Source: Tubiluchus corallicola (Eukaryota; Animalia; Priapulida). Taken from it: a DNA stretch of 64,000 bases. The stretch covers positions 380,221-444,220 of the forward strand of contig JAQGDQ010000177.1 of NCBI GenBank assembly GCA_030141605.1, given 5' to 3'. The position numbers and the translations under genes are program-made. Below the pieces are notes generated by a model. It did no database searches. It worked only from the letters and a program-made list of their open reading frames with translations, and was not told the DNA's origin. Of this stretch, positions 39,044 through 51,000 are shown in pieces; position 1 is the stretch's first letter; each line of letters opens with the position of its first letter.

Positions 39044-39159
39044 TTGTCGTTGTTACAGTCACAGATGCAACTACGATTATAATTAAGACTGAGCTTGTGT
39101 GACAGCAGCTATATAGATTTAAGTGCTGCTCGTGTGCAGAGAGCGATTCCTAGACTCGA

Positions 39160-39374
39160 GCACCTAAACCAGCTGAACGACCTCCAGGCAAACCAAAAAC
39201 AACTTGGACATCAAGAATTAATAAGGATTTACAACAGCTGAGGCCCAACTTAACAATAGTATTGCAGGAATTAAACATTATAGCTGCAGACAGAGACAGG
39301 AAACAGTGGAGTGCTCTAATACAAGATAAAGGCTCTATGTCTACCATACATGTTTAGAGCTGAAGAAGAAGAAG
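39160..39374 (+). mobile_element. 3' fragment of an RTE-type LINE (diverged relative of 693-995)
   Basis: Encodes RPPGKPKTTWTSRINKDLQQLRPNL...AADRDRKQWSALI and ends in (GAA)4. Confidence 0.8.
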
Positions 39375-39968
39375 TTGCATGATAAACAATGGGCGCCATA
39401 TTGTACAACACAAAAACTGCATTCGACTATATGACAAAAACAGACCTTGAGTGCAAAAACAGACTTTTGAAGTTTTGTTCTATAGATGTACACTAGCAAC
39501 CATTTCGTGCGCATGCGTGGGAATTACATCTATGAGCAATTTTACATACGTAACCAACATTTCTGTAGTAATTTTTTAAAACGAGTGCTTTAATTGTAAT
39601 TTGGAGTGGAAGTGTGGAAGTCCAACTCTAAAGTGGAAAACCAGCTAATAAGAAATTTAACACAAAAGATTTTGAAAGTGTATATCTATTCTATATATAT
39701 ATTATAGAATATACATAGTTATATATATAGTTATTATATAGTTATTATATAAGTATATATATTAGTATATATATATTAATGCAAAATTCATCTTTCCCGA
39801 TTGACGTACCAATGTTCCAAGCCCATTGAAAAGAGGGAGAGGAAATTTTTCATTAGCATCTAAGAGTACGTTTCTTATTGGACATTTTATAAAAATCATA
39901 TACCAACAAGTTGGATAAAATTCACAGTCGTTAAAACTCAAATTAGTCTTTAGAGGATTTTTTGTAGA

Positions 39969-40211
39969 AAACTCGTCGTTAATCAACCAGTTAACAAAAA
40001 ATAAATTCAAAAGTAGTTGATCTGGAGACAGCAGAAACAGAGGACGAAAACAGTTGGACCTATGGTTTAGAAGAATAATATAATTTTGAGTTGAACTTAT
40101 ATTATTCTTCTAAACCATAGGTCCAACTATTTTTGTCCTCTGTTTCTGCTGTCTCCAGATCAACTACTTTTGGATTGATTTTTTGTTAACTGGTTGATTA
40201 ACGACGAGTTT
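39969..40211. repeat. Long inverted repeat, 115-bp arms, 13-bp spacer
   Basis: Arms 39969-40083 and 40097-40211 differ at 4 positions by my count. Confidence 0.95.
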
Positions 40212-41414
40212 ATGAGTTGAACTTTAAAACTTCAAATTTTCTAGGTATTTACAATCATGGTTTCCATGATTCTTGTAATAATCAATTTAGAAAAGTAATA
40301 ATACATTCTTTAATTTCCATGATATTCCTAAATCGTTTTTTATACCATTCTGCGTAGTGCAAGCTGAAGAGCACTCAGCTGCAGGACTACTCAAAAAGAT
40401 GATTGAGACTATGAGCAAAGCTTGGCCTTTTAACATAAATGACATACATAAGTCAACATATTATTATATGTCTTTACTCGTGTTATTGCTACACACGAAC
40501 GTAGATTTGTAAAAAATTCGCACTAACAGTGACCTATCCACGAGCTTGAAGTTTTAATTGTGAACTAGATTTTTTCGAAAGGGTAGGCTGCAGCACATAG
40601 CTGTGCCTGCAAAAACTCAAAGCTTGAAGCAATAGTAGTAGTGCTAGTGGTGATAGCAGCAGCACCACCAGCAGCAGCAGCACCACCACCAGCAGCAGCA
40701 GCAGCAGCAGCAATAGTAGCAGATTTATTATCCATAATAAATTGCATGCTTTTCTACAACAGGTTAATTTTTACAATTAATAAAAATTTACGAAGCATTT
40801 TTGATTATAATGACGTGTATCGCGTCAGATTAAATATTTCAATGACCATAGAAATTATCTTTGCTCGTCAATTATACAAAATATACAAAAGCTCGTCAAT
40901 TTTAAACGTATACTCGTGTATGTAGTAGACATTTCGCAAATTTGTATATTCTATGAAAACTGTGTATTAGATCAGGGAGACCGCAATTTCCAATTTTACA
41001 TAATTTCCGTCTGAGTTCAGTTCTTTTACACCTCTGAACGAAATGCTCCTCATCCTCTAAAAATTTATTCGGTTGGCAGAATTCACAGGAATTGGCAGGA
41101 ATTCGTTCCTCTTTAGGTTTTCGTTGCCTTCGGCCCTTTTCAATTGCCAGATCATGATCACGTCATCGTACAACATTTCAATAGGCTGCGGTAAACAATT
41201 TTTTATCATCACAAAATCCACAAGTTAAATATGGGTTTGTGCTCAAATAATACTGGTGACCGTCTTTGTGTTACTGCTACACGTATCTGCTTTCTTAGGT
41301 CGACCTTGTCCTTTTTCTATTTTCACTAGAATTATACTTGTCAACCAAAGACTTTAAATACCAAAGTATCACATTTGTGTACCTTAACTTTTTAAAATTT
41401 GTACAAAACTCAAA

Positions 41415-41432
41415 ATTTACCTTTTATTTCAG
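41415..41432 (+). promoter_or_regulatory. Candidate 3' splice acceptor before the receptor coding exon
   Basis: TTTACCTTTTATTTCAG ends 36 nt before the ATG. Implies one or more upstream non-coding exons. Confidence 0.6.
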
Positions 41433-41443
41433 TTGATTGATCC

Positions 41444-41515
41444 ATGACTTGGAGAAGACGGACCAGTTATGGGGTCCCACGTCATCCACGGGAACGGATT
41501 CGAGAACATTACTGA
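41444..41515 (+). promoter_or_regulatory. Upstream ORF overlapping the receptor start (23 aa)
   Basis: ATG at 41444 is out of frame with 41469. Encodes MTWRRRTSYGVPRHPRERIREHY with TGA at 41513-41515. Confidence 0.5.
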
Positions 41516-43115
41516 TATCGCAAACTACACTGCGGAGTGGTTTTACGATGACGTCATCAGCAGCGGGTATTTTAATGACACGTTGAAGGCCAACAATACC
41601 CAAGATGACAATGTCTTGGATGACGTCATCAATTATTGTGTTTCAGTGGTGGCGTTCTTTACCATTGTTTCAACTGTGTGTGGTAACATTCTGGTGGTGG
41701 CCGCCGTCCTTTCGGAGAACCGTCTCCGAAAAATTGGCAATTCTTTTATCGTTAGTTTGGCAGTTGCAGACTTGCTAGTAGGATTGGTGGTGACGCCTAT
41801 ATCATTGGCGTACCAGTTAAATGGAAGTGTGTGGAAATGGGGGAAGATCATGTGTGACTTCTGGGTGTCGATGGACGTTGTCTGTTGCACAGCCAGTATT
41901 CTAAATCTCTGTGTCATCAGCGTGGACCGATACTACGCCATTACTCAGCCTCTACAATACGTGTACAAACGGACGCCTGGGCGCGCTGCAATTATGATAA
42001 CATTTGTGTGGACGTTTTCATTCGTGATCGCTTTACCACCATTGCTAGGGTGGCGCGAGCATCGGCCCGAAGTCATCACTCTTTGTATTATTAGTCAAGA
42101 CAAAGGCTACACGGTATTTTCTACTGTGGGTGCATTTTACTTGCCTTTAATAGTCATGATTACAGTGTACGTACGAATATATTTAGCTACGTTACAAAGA
42201 AAGAAACATTGGATTCCTGGACCTGGCTCTAGTCACGTGACCTGCCATGATTCCACCTACTACACAGAAAGCTCTCCTTCGCGCACATCGCCGTATAATT
42301 CCGTCGTGGATGTTGAGTTAAGAAACTCTAAGGACACATTCGCGAAGCCGGGCGGGTCATTCCGGCTTGCTGCTGGGGTGCGACGCTTTTCCTACCGGTG
42401 GAGTAGCCGGAGGTTGTCCCGTTCAAAACTAGCAAAAATGCCACTAGGGCGACAGCACTCTTCCGAAACGACTTTGCAAAGTCCGGAAGCAAAGCGCCAA
42501 ATAAGTCCAACATTTCAAGTGTCAAGTCCAGTCGCAAAACGGCTTGCATCATATCGGCCACCCAGAGAAAGGCATTCATCAGATGACGTCTCTCCTCCAA
42601 TGGGAAGACGTCTTTCATTATCGAGCAGCGTCACGGAACCAATCAGCGCTAATGCGACTCCCCGAACAGAGGAACAAAGCACCGAAGACTTCTACGTTGC
42701 CAGCGCCCCCACTGATCCGTGCATCAGGAATCTTTCTGTGCGAGAAAATGGAAACCATATCATCTACGATGACGACGTTGCGCCAGATTTACCTCAACCA
42801 AAAGTCAAGAAGAAGAAGCGAATATCAGTAAACCAGGAAAAGCGGGCAGCGAAGACTCTGGGGATCATAATGGGGTGCTTTGTTTTGTGCTGGCTACCCT
42901 TTTTCTTGGTCGCCATCATACAACCTCTTTGTTCCCATTGTCACGTGCCTGAGTTGTTGTTTCTAGTGCTGACGTGGCTGGGGTACGTGAATTCTGCTTT
43001 GAACCCCGTGATTTACACTTTCTTTAACCGGGACTTCCGGCGGGCGTTTGGGCGCATGGTGTGCTGCTGTTTGAACAAGAAGGCGCGTCATCGTAATTCG
43101 GACGTGCGAATGTAA
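41469..43115 (+). CDS. Aminergic rhodopsin-family GPCR, serotonin receptor-like (5-HT1/5-HT5 group), 548 aa, single coding exon
   Basis: Seven hydrophobic segments. Motifs: GNILV (TM1), SLAVADLLV (TM2), CDFWVSMDVVCCTASILNLCVISVDRY (TM3, with the amine-binding Asp and DRY), CIISQDKGYTVFSTVGAFYLPL (5-HT1/5-type TM5), KRAAKTLGIIMGCFVLCWLPFF (TM6) and WLGYVNSALNPVIY (TM7). Also N-terminal NxT sites, a long S/R-rich third loop and CCC after helix 8. The subtype needs a phylogeny. Confidence 0.96.
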   Translation: MGSHVIHGNGFENITDIANYTAEWFYDDVISSGYFNDTLKANNTQDDNVLDDVINYCVSVVAFFTIVSTVCGNILVVAAVLSENRLRKIGNSFIVSLAVADLLVGLVVTPISLAYQLNGSVWKWGKIMCDFWVSMDVVCCTASILNLCVISVDRYYAITQPLQYVYKRTPGRAAIMITFVWTFSFVIALPPLLGWREHRPEVITLCIISQDKGYTVFSTVGAFYLPLIVMITVYVRIYLATLQRKKHWIPGPGSSHVTCHDSTYYTESSPSRTSPYNSVVDVELRNSKDTFAKPGGSFRLAAGVRRFSYRWSSRRLSRSKLAKMPLGRQHSSETTLQSPEAKRQISPTFQVSSPVAKRLASYRPPRERHSSDDVSPPMGRRLSLSSSVTEPISANATPRTEEQSTEDFYVASAPTDPCIRNLSVRENGNHIIYDDDVAPDLPQPKVKKKKRISVNQEKRAAKTLGIIMGCFVLCWLPFFLVAIIQPLCSHCHVPELLFLVLTWLGYVNSALNPVIYTFFNRDFRRAFGRMVCCCLNKKARHRNSDVRM

Positions 43116-43871
43116 GATCCAGTCAATGTCCAGCCTTAAAAATGACCAGGCCTAATAATAGAACGTGAATCTGTTAACAATGAATTCTTATTATTAAGGA
43201 GGGTGGCAACTTACTTACATTCGACTAAAAATGGTTACTTGTCTATATCCGCTTGTCAATTAACATTTTGCGCTAGATTTTTCTACGTCTTGAAGATATA
43301 CAGCGGGAAGCAGTCCTGGAAAATAAGACAAAGAAAAAACTGAGAAATGTGATCTACATACTGCAAAGTAACTAAAACAGTCAGTTTTTGAAATTCTCTT
43401 TGTTATGCAGCGCCAATTCTAGTTAGTAGATAGATGGGTGTCCGTCGGAAAAACTGATTTTGCCCGATTTCGTTACTCCGTCTTGGCTTAACTATTTCTG
43501 GGGCACATGAAGGGCTAAAAACGGTTATCTTAGAGAATTACCTTCAATTCTGTGACAATCAAACAAGAATAAAGAAAATGATAAGTTTTAGTCCGGCCAC
43601 AACGATTCACTCCCAGCTTCATGCTGTTAAGTTCTATTTTAGTTCTGTATAACATTTTTGTCATTACATACAGCGCATGCGCGCAAAACAGCTGATTAAG
43701 CTACTTTTGTTTACGTATCCAAGGACACGGGTGTTATGCCAAGTTACAGCAAGTCAAAGCATACAAGAAAAAACAAAACTTATTTTTTTGTATTAAAGAT
43801 TGCTGAAACTTCTTGTTATATTATATTGAAATATAAGACTTAACGAGCAGCTTATGGGACATACACAATCA

Positions 43872-44000
43872 TGTAATAAAATCATACTCGATAAATGTAC
43901 TTAGGTATCATTTTACATATACTTCTGTAATGTACAATAAAAGTTTTATAATATACAATATTATTTATTATTCAATGTTAAAAGGTGTTTTGTCTGTTTA
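43872..44000 (+). terminator. Candidate polyadenylation region of the receptor mRNA
   Basis: AATAAA at 43875-43880 and 43936-43941, each preceded by TGTA. GT-rich GTGTTTTGTCTGTTT lies near 43985. Another AATAAA at 43568. Confidence 0.5.
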
Positions 44001-45251
44001 TCGCCATTAATTCATATTTATTTTTTGTATCTACTGTTTCATATAGGCCTAAATATATGTAGGGCCTAGTCAGCAGCTAATGCCATTGTTAAAACATTTC
44101 TGCAAAAAAACGAGCCACGTGGGACGAATTAGTAATTGCAATAAGTTACGTACAGTTGTTTGTAGGAATTACTGTGTATCATTAAGCATTCCACCTTTTT
44201 CGCATTGTTACTGACTGATTAAAACTCATAGTCTGCACATAGCGATTTTATTATAGACATGATTTGTTTTAGTTATTGGCTTATAGCCTGTATGTCCAAG
44301 TCCTATGCGTACATGAGAAATGTTATTAATCCTGGCTTTTCACTCATTGTATGGTTATATGCTTGTGATAAAATTTGTTCTAAATAAACGACTTTTGATT
44401 AATTAATTACCAAGTAAGTATTTAGTGAATATTTTTGAAAGTTTTGTCATACTATAGTATATGCAGCATAACAATGTGAAAAAATAATAGTTAAAGAATA
44501 AGACATTGTCTCAGAACATAAAAAATAGAAACAATCAATTTCGAAAATGCTTTGTGCAAAATAATAAAATCTTGAATTCACTAAAATATTATACAATTCA
44601 TTTCGTAGCCTAAAGCTTGCGTTCCCATGAAAAAAAGATTTGTAACATCGTTTATCAGACAATTCATGAATATTGATATTATCAGAGATCAATATTTCCT
44701 TGATTTTGACAAGCATCAGGTGCAATTTGTAGGCAACTGTAGCTTACAAACTAGAATAAAGAAGCAAACACGTTGGCCAATGATCTATATTGGCCATTAC
44801 TGAGCTTCTGCTGAATCCATGAAGTAGTTTATTCATCATGTGTTTTTTACCAGAAAGGCCCCTGTCTGTTTTCAATCCATTTTTGTAGGTGAGAGTTAGG
44901 CTAATATCGCCACGGCTTTGCAAACATTCTTTAATTGCAGAAATCGTCGGTCAGTCTAATCCAGAAGTAAGATAATCAGAAACTGGGAAACTTCAGGCAA
45001 GTCAGTGTGTCATTCAGGATGTAGTTTAGATGATCGATCATATAATTAAATCAACGTATTGAACGAGTTGGACATATCAGATGAAGAGACGAAATAAGAT
45101 CAGATTAATGTGTGCAGGAGCGCTTGCTTGGGGTGCGTGCGTGCCTGTCTAATGGTGTGCATTTTTTGCATCAACGGAGAAACAATTTCGGTAGGTAGGT
45201 CAATCAGTCAATTAGTATTTAAAACAAAGTATATATTTAGTTATTGGAGTC

Positions 45252-45274
45252 AGAGAGAGAAAAGAAAGCGACAG

Positions 45275-45331
<57 letters not shown>

Positions 45332-45400
45332 GAGAGGGGGAGAGAGAGAGAGAGAAAGGGAGAGAGAGACAGAGAGTGAGGGGGGGAGTATGAGAGGAAA
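45252..45400. repeat. (GA)n microsatellite
   Basis: Visible directly. Confidence 0.9.
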
Positions 45401-47451
45401 AAGGAAGGCGAAAGAGTGGGGAAGGAAAGACGGAGAGATAAAGTGTACTATAAGTGGATCGTTTTTCATCATTCTGATCAGTTTAAATTTTCATGTTGTA
45501 CACAGCCATAGTACTATGCTACCGGCTAAAATAAGCCTCTGATTCTTTGATCTCTGAATCGAAATCGAATCGGAGTGCTACTCCTTACAGCCATTATCCG
45601 CCGAAGATTCTAGAAGGGAATGAGATCAGACAGCATTATGTTGCAAGTCTAATCTTGCAAAACTTGATTGCTTTGCTTGGAAAATCAGAAATTTATTAAG
45701 TTTCGGCATCTGGGATTGAGGAACGGAGAAGATAAATAGAAATCGGACATAATATAGTAGGAATTGGCATAATTGGAAACCTTCAATCAGTTCAAGGGGG
45801 TTTCTGACTCAAGGGAAAGTGGACACTACGCATGCGCTTATAATTATATCGATTTTTACGATCCCAAACGACTTTTGTTCGACAGTATTTACATATGGGA
45901 TTGAGGGTTCATTGTTATGCAACCCATGGTTAAAACTACAACTTTCTAAGAACTACTTTGACTCAGTTAAGGCTAGAAAATCTAAATAAAAATATTCAAG
46001 GTCGTTTAATATAGGTCACCTGCTCACAAATTTATACATGGGGAAAATGTGTTAATTCGTGAATATGACTCTAATCTTTCAACACTTAACAGGTTGTTAC
46101 GACTTTTCGCGCCTGCTAATGTCAAGTGTTTTAAAGTTCAGAGGCTGTAACACTTACCAGCCGTAAATTTAACGTGTCATACTAACAGCAGAAGTTCCTA
46201 GGCGTTAAGGTGTTGTTATTAAAATTATCATAAACACATGTATAAGAAGATGATTAGCGCCTAAATTATTTAGCTTTGTCAAAGGTCACGTGTTAGTCAA
46301 GACCAGTAGCTTCGCGTATTATCTTTAAAAACGGGAGTAAAACAACAAAGTTTATACCATGTGCTTTTTGTTACAAAAAAAGAAAGAATAAGTCGCTTAT
46401 CGCCTACAGGGCTTCCAGAAAAGTCTGATCATTATGATAAATGCGATTTAGTACATTTTCTGAATCATGATTTTCACTCGTCAGACCTACCAACATACGG
46501 AGAACTGTTTTCTGTTCTGTTTTGTGAGCGATGGCGATTATGGTTCGCAGCAATAACTCTTACTAATATTAATCTTTTTATGGTTTTGACATACATATTT
46601 ATTAAGCGCGGGTGACAAACACAGTCTTTACGCTGCACGTGCGACTGCAATGTAGCATGCTGCTGCCATCTATTGGCGGCTCTCTGATTTTTATTCTTCA
46701 AACGTAGTTGCCATTAACTCAAAAAGGCAAAATTATACACGTAACGCTGTAGCCTGTTTAGTTACTGCCTTAGTACTTTACTTTTAACTTTTTAATTTTT
46801 TGCCATTTCCAGAAGAAAAACATTGTCAAAAGTTGTGCATGCTATTTCTTCATTTCTCTCTGCTAACGATAGGTTTTTTATTTAAAACGAACAAGAAAAT
46901 TTTGTCCGATTTTGCAATTTCCTAATAATAATGTGAAACTTATAGTAATAATTATAAAAAGTTGTGTGTATCTGTGTGCGTGTGTGTTCGTGTGATGTAC
47001 ACGTAATGTGTAATATAATGAATACTCTATGGTTTTGGACAGAACAATGACAACTAAAAGGGGAAGGAAAATACTTTTAACTTCATCCTCTCCTTTTCTT
47101 GAATTCTTGTATTGTTTTATATGTATGTATAATGTATTTTATACTAATGTGTGCAAAGTTTACGTGTAATATGTAATGGTTTTTAACTCATTGAAAACAT
47201 AAATGATTTTACAAATTTAATTTATGTGTATGTGTGACTATGTAAATGTAAAGATATTTTTAAAAAATTGGGATAGACCCAACCACCTACCCGATAAACA
47301 TAAAATATTTGATTTAGAATTTAGTAATCACCTTGCAGTTAGACAGCCCAGACTATAATAAAGCACAGTCTTCCCATAATTATCATTTTTACACAAAAAA
47401 TGCACAACGTTATGAAAAAAATTCATTTGCAGTACACGTGAGATAAATATC

Positions 47452-47590
47452 GCCATCATTATCATCACGTGCCCATCATGTCTGTTGTAGACACTGGGCA
47501 GGCAGAATTCGAAAATAAAAGAAATCTGCCCTCAAGTAGGTAAACAAAGCAGTAATCCAGCAAAAAAACTAGAGCTTCAGCTGTGCCAGT
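47452..47590 (-). mobile_element. Family A copy 3
   Basis: The reverse complement reads ACTGGCACAGC...TTTGCTGGATTACTGCTTTGTTTACC...GGGCAGATTTCTTTTATTTTCGAATTCTGCCTGCCC...GTGATGATAATGATG, matching 12409-12563. Confidence 0.8.
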
Positions 47591-47934
47591 TTATGATTAT
47601 GCTGCTTCGATATAGATTTTTAGACACCTTGGAAACTTGTCGCTGCTGCCATCTTATGGACGAAAGTCGCACTACTCAAGCCACACACTAAAATCCACCA
47701 AGCAACACCAAACAGTTAACAGCTGTACAGTTGGGACGCGTTAACATTAAGTTGTGCGCGTTGTAGTGAATGAATACGTGTGCAGAGTGGTTGGGCCGTT
47801 GATACTAAAACGGTTAGGATATGAAAGTTAATCATGTTTTCATAGAGGCGACGCGATGATTTCGATTAAAACAAGTGGATTTCAGCGCTAGTGTTTGTGG
47901 ATTACAGAGAACTGGATTACTTTTGTTTCAACAG

Positions 47935-48007
47935 GATTTCTGGATTAATTCGATTATTCCCAAAATGGATAACGTATCTCGTGTTGAAGGCTGGCTGCAA
48001 ATGACAG
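47935..48007 (+). other. Candidate short exon of a second gene (possible start MDNVSRVEGWLQMT)
   Basis: Acceptor TTTTGTTTCAACAG, ATG at 47965 in an AAAATGG context, strong donor CAG|GTAAGA. No convincing in-frame next exon found. Confidence 0.3.
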
Positions 48008-51000
48008 GTAAGAATGCTCACTTGAAATGATATTTCCCAAAAATTTCAGCAGGTTGTTTATAGTCTGAACTTTTTATTGATTAAATTATTCAGTTGAGCT
48101 GTGATTCTATTAAAATGTAAGGATTAGCTAGCGCGTTTTCACTTTTTAAACATTGGAACTCTTTTACTACACTGAGTTTTAAAGTGAATTTTAGCTGTTC
48201 ACATTTCATAATTGAGTATAATATGTAATTGCGTAATTGTCTTCCTGTCTTGAAAACTAAACATAGTCATTATCCATTGATCGGATGTTCGATTAATACA
48301 ATTTTAAAATGAATTTTGACTTCATTACTTCATTTTCTTTGCACTTGCTTTCTACAGGCAGTGGCTTATTAAACCTTCTGGTCAAACAAACATTATAAAA
48401 GGTAAAAAATAAGATTATAAGCAGATGTGTGTAAACTAATCAGCCCCAGACTAATGTTAACTATTTTTCCGACTTACCATCTTTCTTTGTCAAGTTAAGT
48501 AACTCAGTTTAATGACGAAGCTGAACAAGTTATTAATTTTCATAAGTGTGAGAAATCAGTATTTGTGAACCTACGATAACAAACCTATTAACATAATCCA
48601 ACATCTAATGGTATACAGTGTTAGTCGTTGCACTTTTAAATTATCACCTCTATTCTTGCTAAGTTACAGTTATTACCATCCAAAGCTTAGCTTATTTACA
48701 ATTACTGCTACGCAAGCTTAATTACAGTTTTACAATGCAAAAAATTGCGATAATTTCTTGTAGGTGCAGTCCATTTTTTCTAAAACAGTTGCATAGAAAC
48801 TGCAGGTATACTACCTGTTCAGGTAAACCTAATTGTTTTTGACAACTAGCTGTTTTTAAGAATGGACTAGTGGATCTATTAGCGTTTGTAGATCTTACCC
48901 CAAGCGAGTATAGTACAAGTTGAATGTCCCACGCACCTCTGTAAACTAAACCAGATATATTTGAGGAAATGATGTCACGGTTTATTGGTTTAGAGGTTAA
49001 GTCTTTGAAGTGCCGCCAGGTAGCCGCGTTGTTAGTTTGGTTAGTGGTTAGAAAATTGAAGCTGATGATAATAATTAGGAAGTCGCTAATGACGTCTAAT
49101 TGTGGGCGTTGAGCAAAGAAAAATCGGCTTATCTTTCCTGCTTAACTTTGTAATAAAAACAATGGGAAAAAATTATTGATTTTTGTAGGATTCGTAAGAC
49201 CAGTTCCGTCAAAGTGCAACTTACGGAGAAAAACGAATAAACTTTTTGAAAGCTTGGCAATTTCATGAGACAAATGCTTTTGTGGAAAGAACTGACGGTC
49301 CAACCAGAATGTTCCAAAAGAACTAGTGTATTAATAAATTCTACAAACACTAACATTTGCAAAATTTTAATGCAAACAACTATTTCATTCAAAAAATTTT
49401 TACGTATGGGCTTAACACCTGTAATGCCTATGCATTGTAAGAAGTAAATTATTAATTTACTGAAGGAAGTCCTATAATGTGTTAAGTTATATATTACGTT
49501 AAATGATAAATGTTAAACCAATGGGCAACGTAGTTGTTCAGAATGCAAAAAGATCAGAGTTCGAATCCAGCAGAGGAACAAAAATATCTAAGTTTTCATT
49601 TTTCTGCGTGTAGCACGTATGTGAAGTTAAGAATTAGCACTTATGTGGGTCAATCGTTTTAAGGTCAAAATTTAACTGGGAAAGAAAAATAATAGTCGAT
49701 TGTTAGTACATGTACGCGAGTATTGGTTTTCGGCGCAGCTGAGAAAACACATGAGGTTAATGTGTCCACAGATTTTTATTCTGGTAGGTCTTTTATGCCC
49801 AGGCCAAATTTAACTTATAGGGTGTTTAATTTAATGATGACACTCTTTTTGGCTTGGTCATGGCATCGAGCGAAATCTCAAATAATGCTGTCTCGTAGCA
49901 TATATAGTAATATTTAACACTAGATTTTACACCCTATGAATTTACAATGATTAAAAGCACAAGTATTAACAAAGTACCATAACTTATTAATTTGATGAAT
50001 TGCGTCTATAATGTGTTAAATTATATCTTAAATGATAAATGTAAACCAATATGTTAAATTTTATGCATTACGTGGACACGAATTCAGAAATGATTAAGTT
50101 AAGCGCTTTCCCTTTCATTAAACTTGACAATTATATTTTTAATGGGCAATCAGTTTAGATTTATGATATATATTAAACTGCCTTTAATTTGGTGTTTCTG
50201 CTGAGATTATACTCAGGATTATGATATTAGTATTGATAAACCATTCCCAAAATTTTAAACGTGATTACCCAACTAAAACCGGAAACGCATAAATTAGCAA
50301 TTTTACATCAGTAGTTTATGTTCCTATTGGCCTGAAAATGGACTGAAGTATGGAAAATTTATGTGCAATTGGCTGCTTATAATAAAGTTATGCTGTGAAC
50401 GTCTTAATGTACTTATTACCTGCAAAATAATTAAGAAGGTGTGTTGTGGTCACCGACTACCTCGTATATTAGAAGGCCTTAAAATTAATTTCTAAACGAG
50501 TTCACAAATTACTCAAGTTGGCATTCGTAATTGGGCCATCTACTTTTTGGTTTGGGCGTGATTTCAAAGTGCATGTGAGCAATTCTCCTAGACAGTGGTG
50601 ACATGCAAATTAATTAGTTTTGATATCGTCGACTTGATACTAGATTGTCCTTTATGTTTCTTACACAAACTGCAGCAGCTATTTAGATTTGCAGAACTAG
50701 GCCTGTTATAGCCGTCTTGAATATATACCGTGAGAAGAGGCACTGGATGCTTGACCCTATTACCATCACGCGTAACTATGCAAATAATACAGCACTAATG
50801 TTGCACTTACGTTTAATTACAGTTTTCAGAGCATTAGCTGGCTTTAATTGCAAAAAGTAAAGTTGTTTAGATTGAGCCATTTTCGCTTTTTGTCCGCGCG
50901 TTTTCACTTGCAAATCGCCGGGCTAGTTTTTAATGGCTTTCCTTCCCAGAGCTGGTAATTATCTATGGTTCGCTTTGTCTGATATCTGTGGTCAGCCACA

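Noticed and set aside
41633-42831. Alternative-frame and antisense ORFs inside the receptor CDS
   Set aside because: Shadow ORFs of a GC-richer coding region with no recognisable motifs.
49525-49575. GAGTTCGAATCC B-box as a tRNA gene
   Set aside because: No cloverleaf; at most a decayed SINE head.
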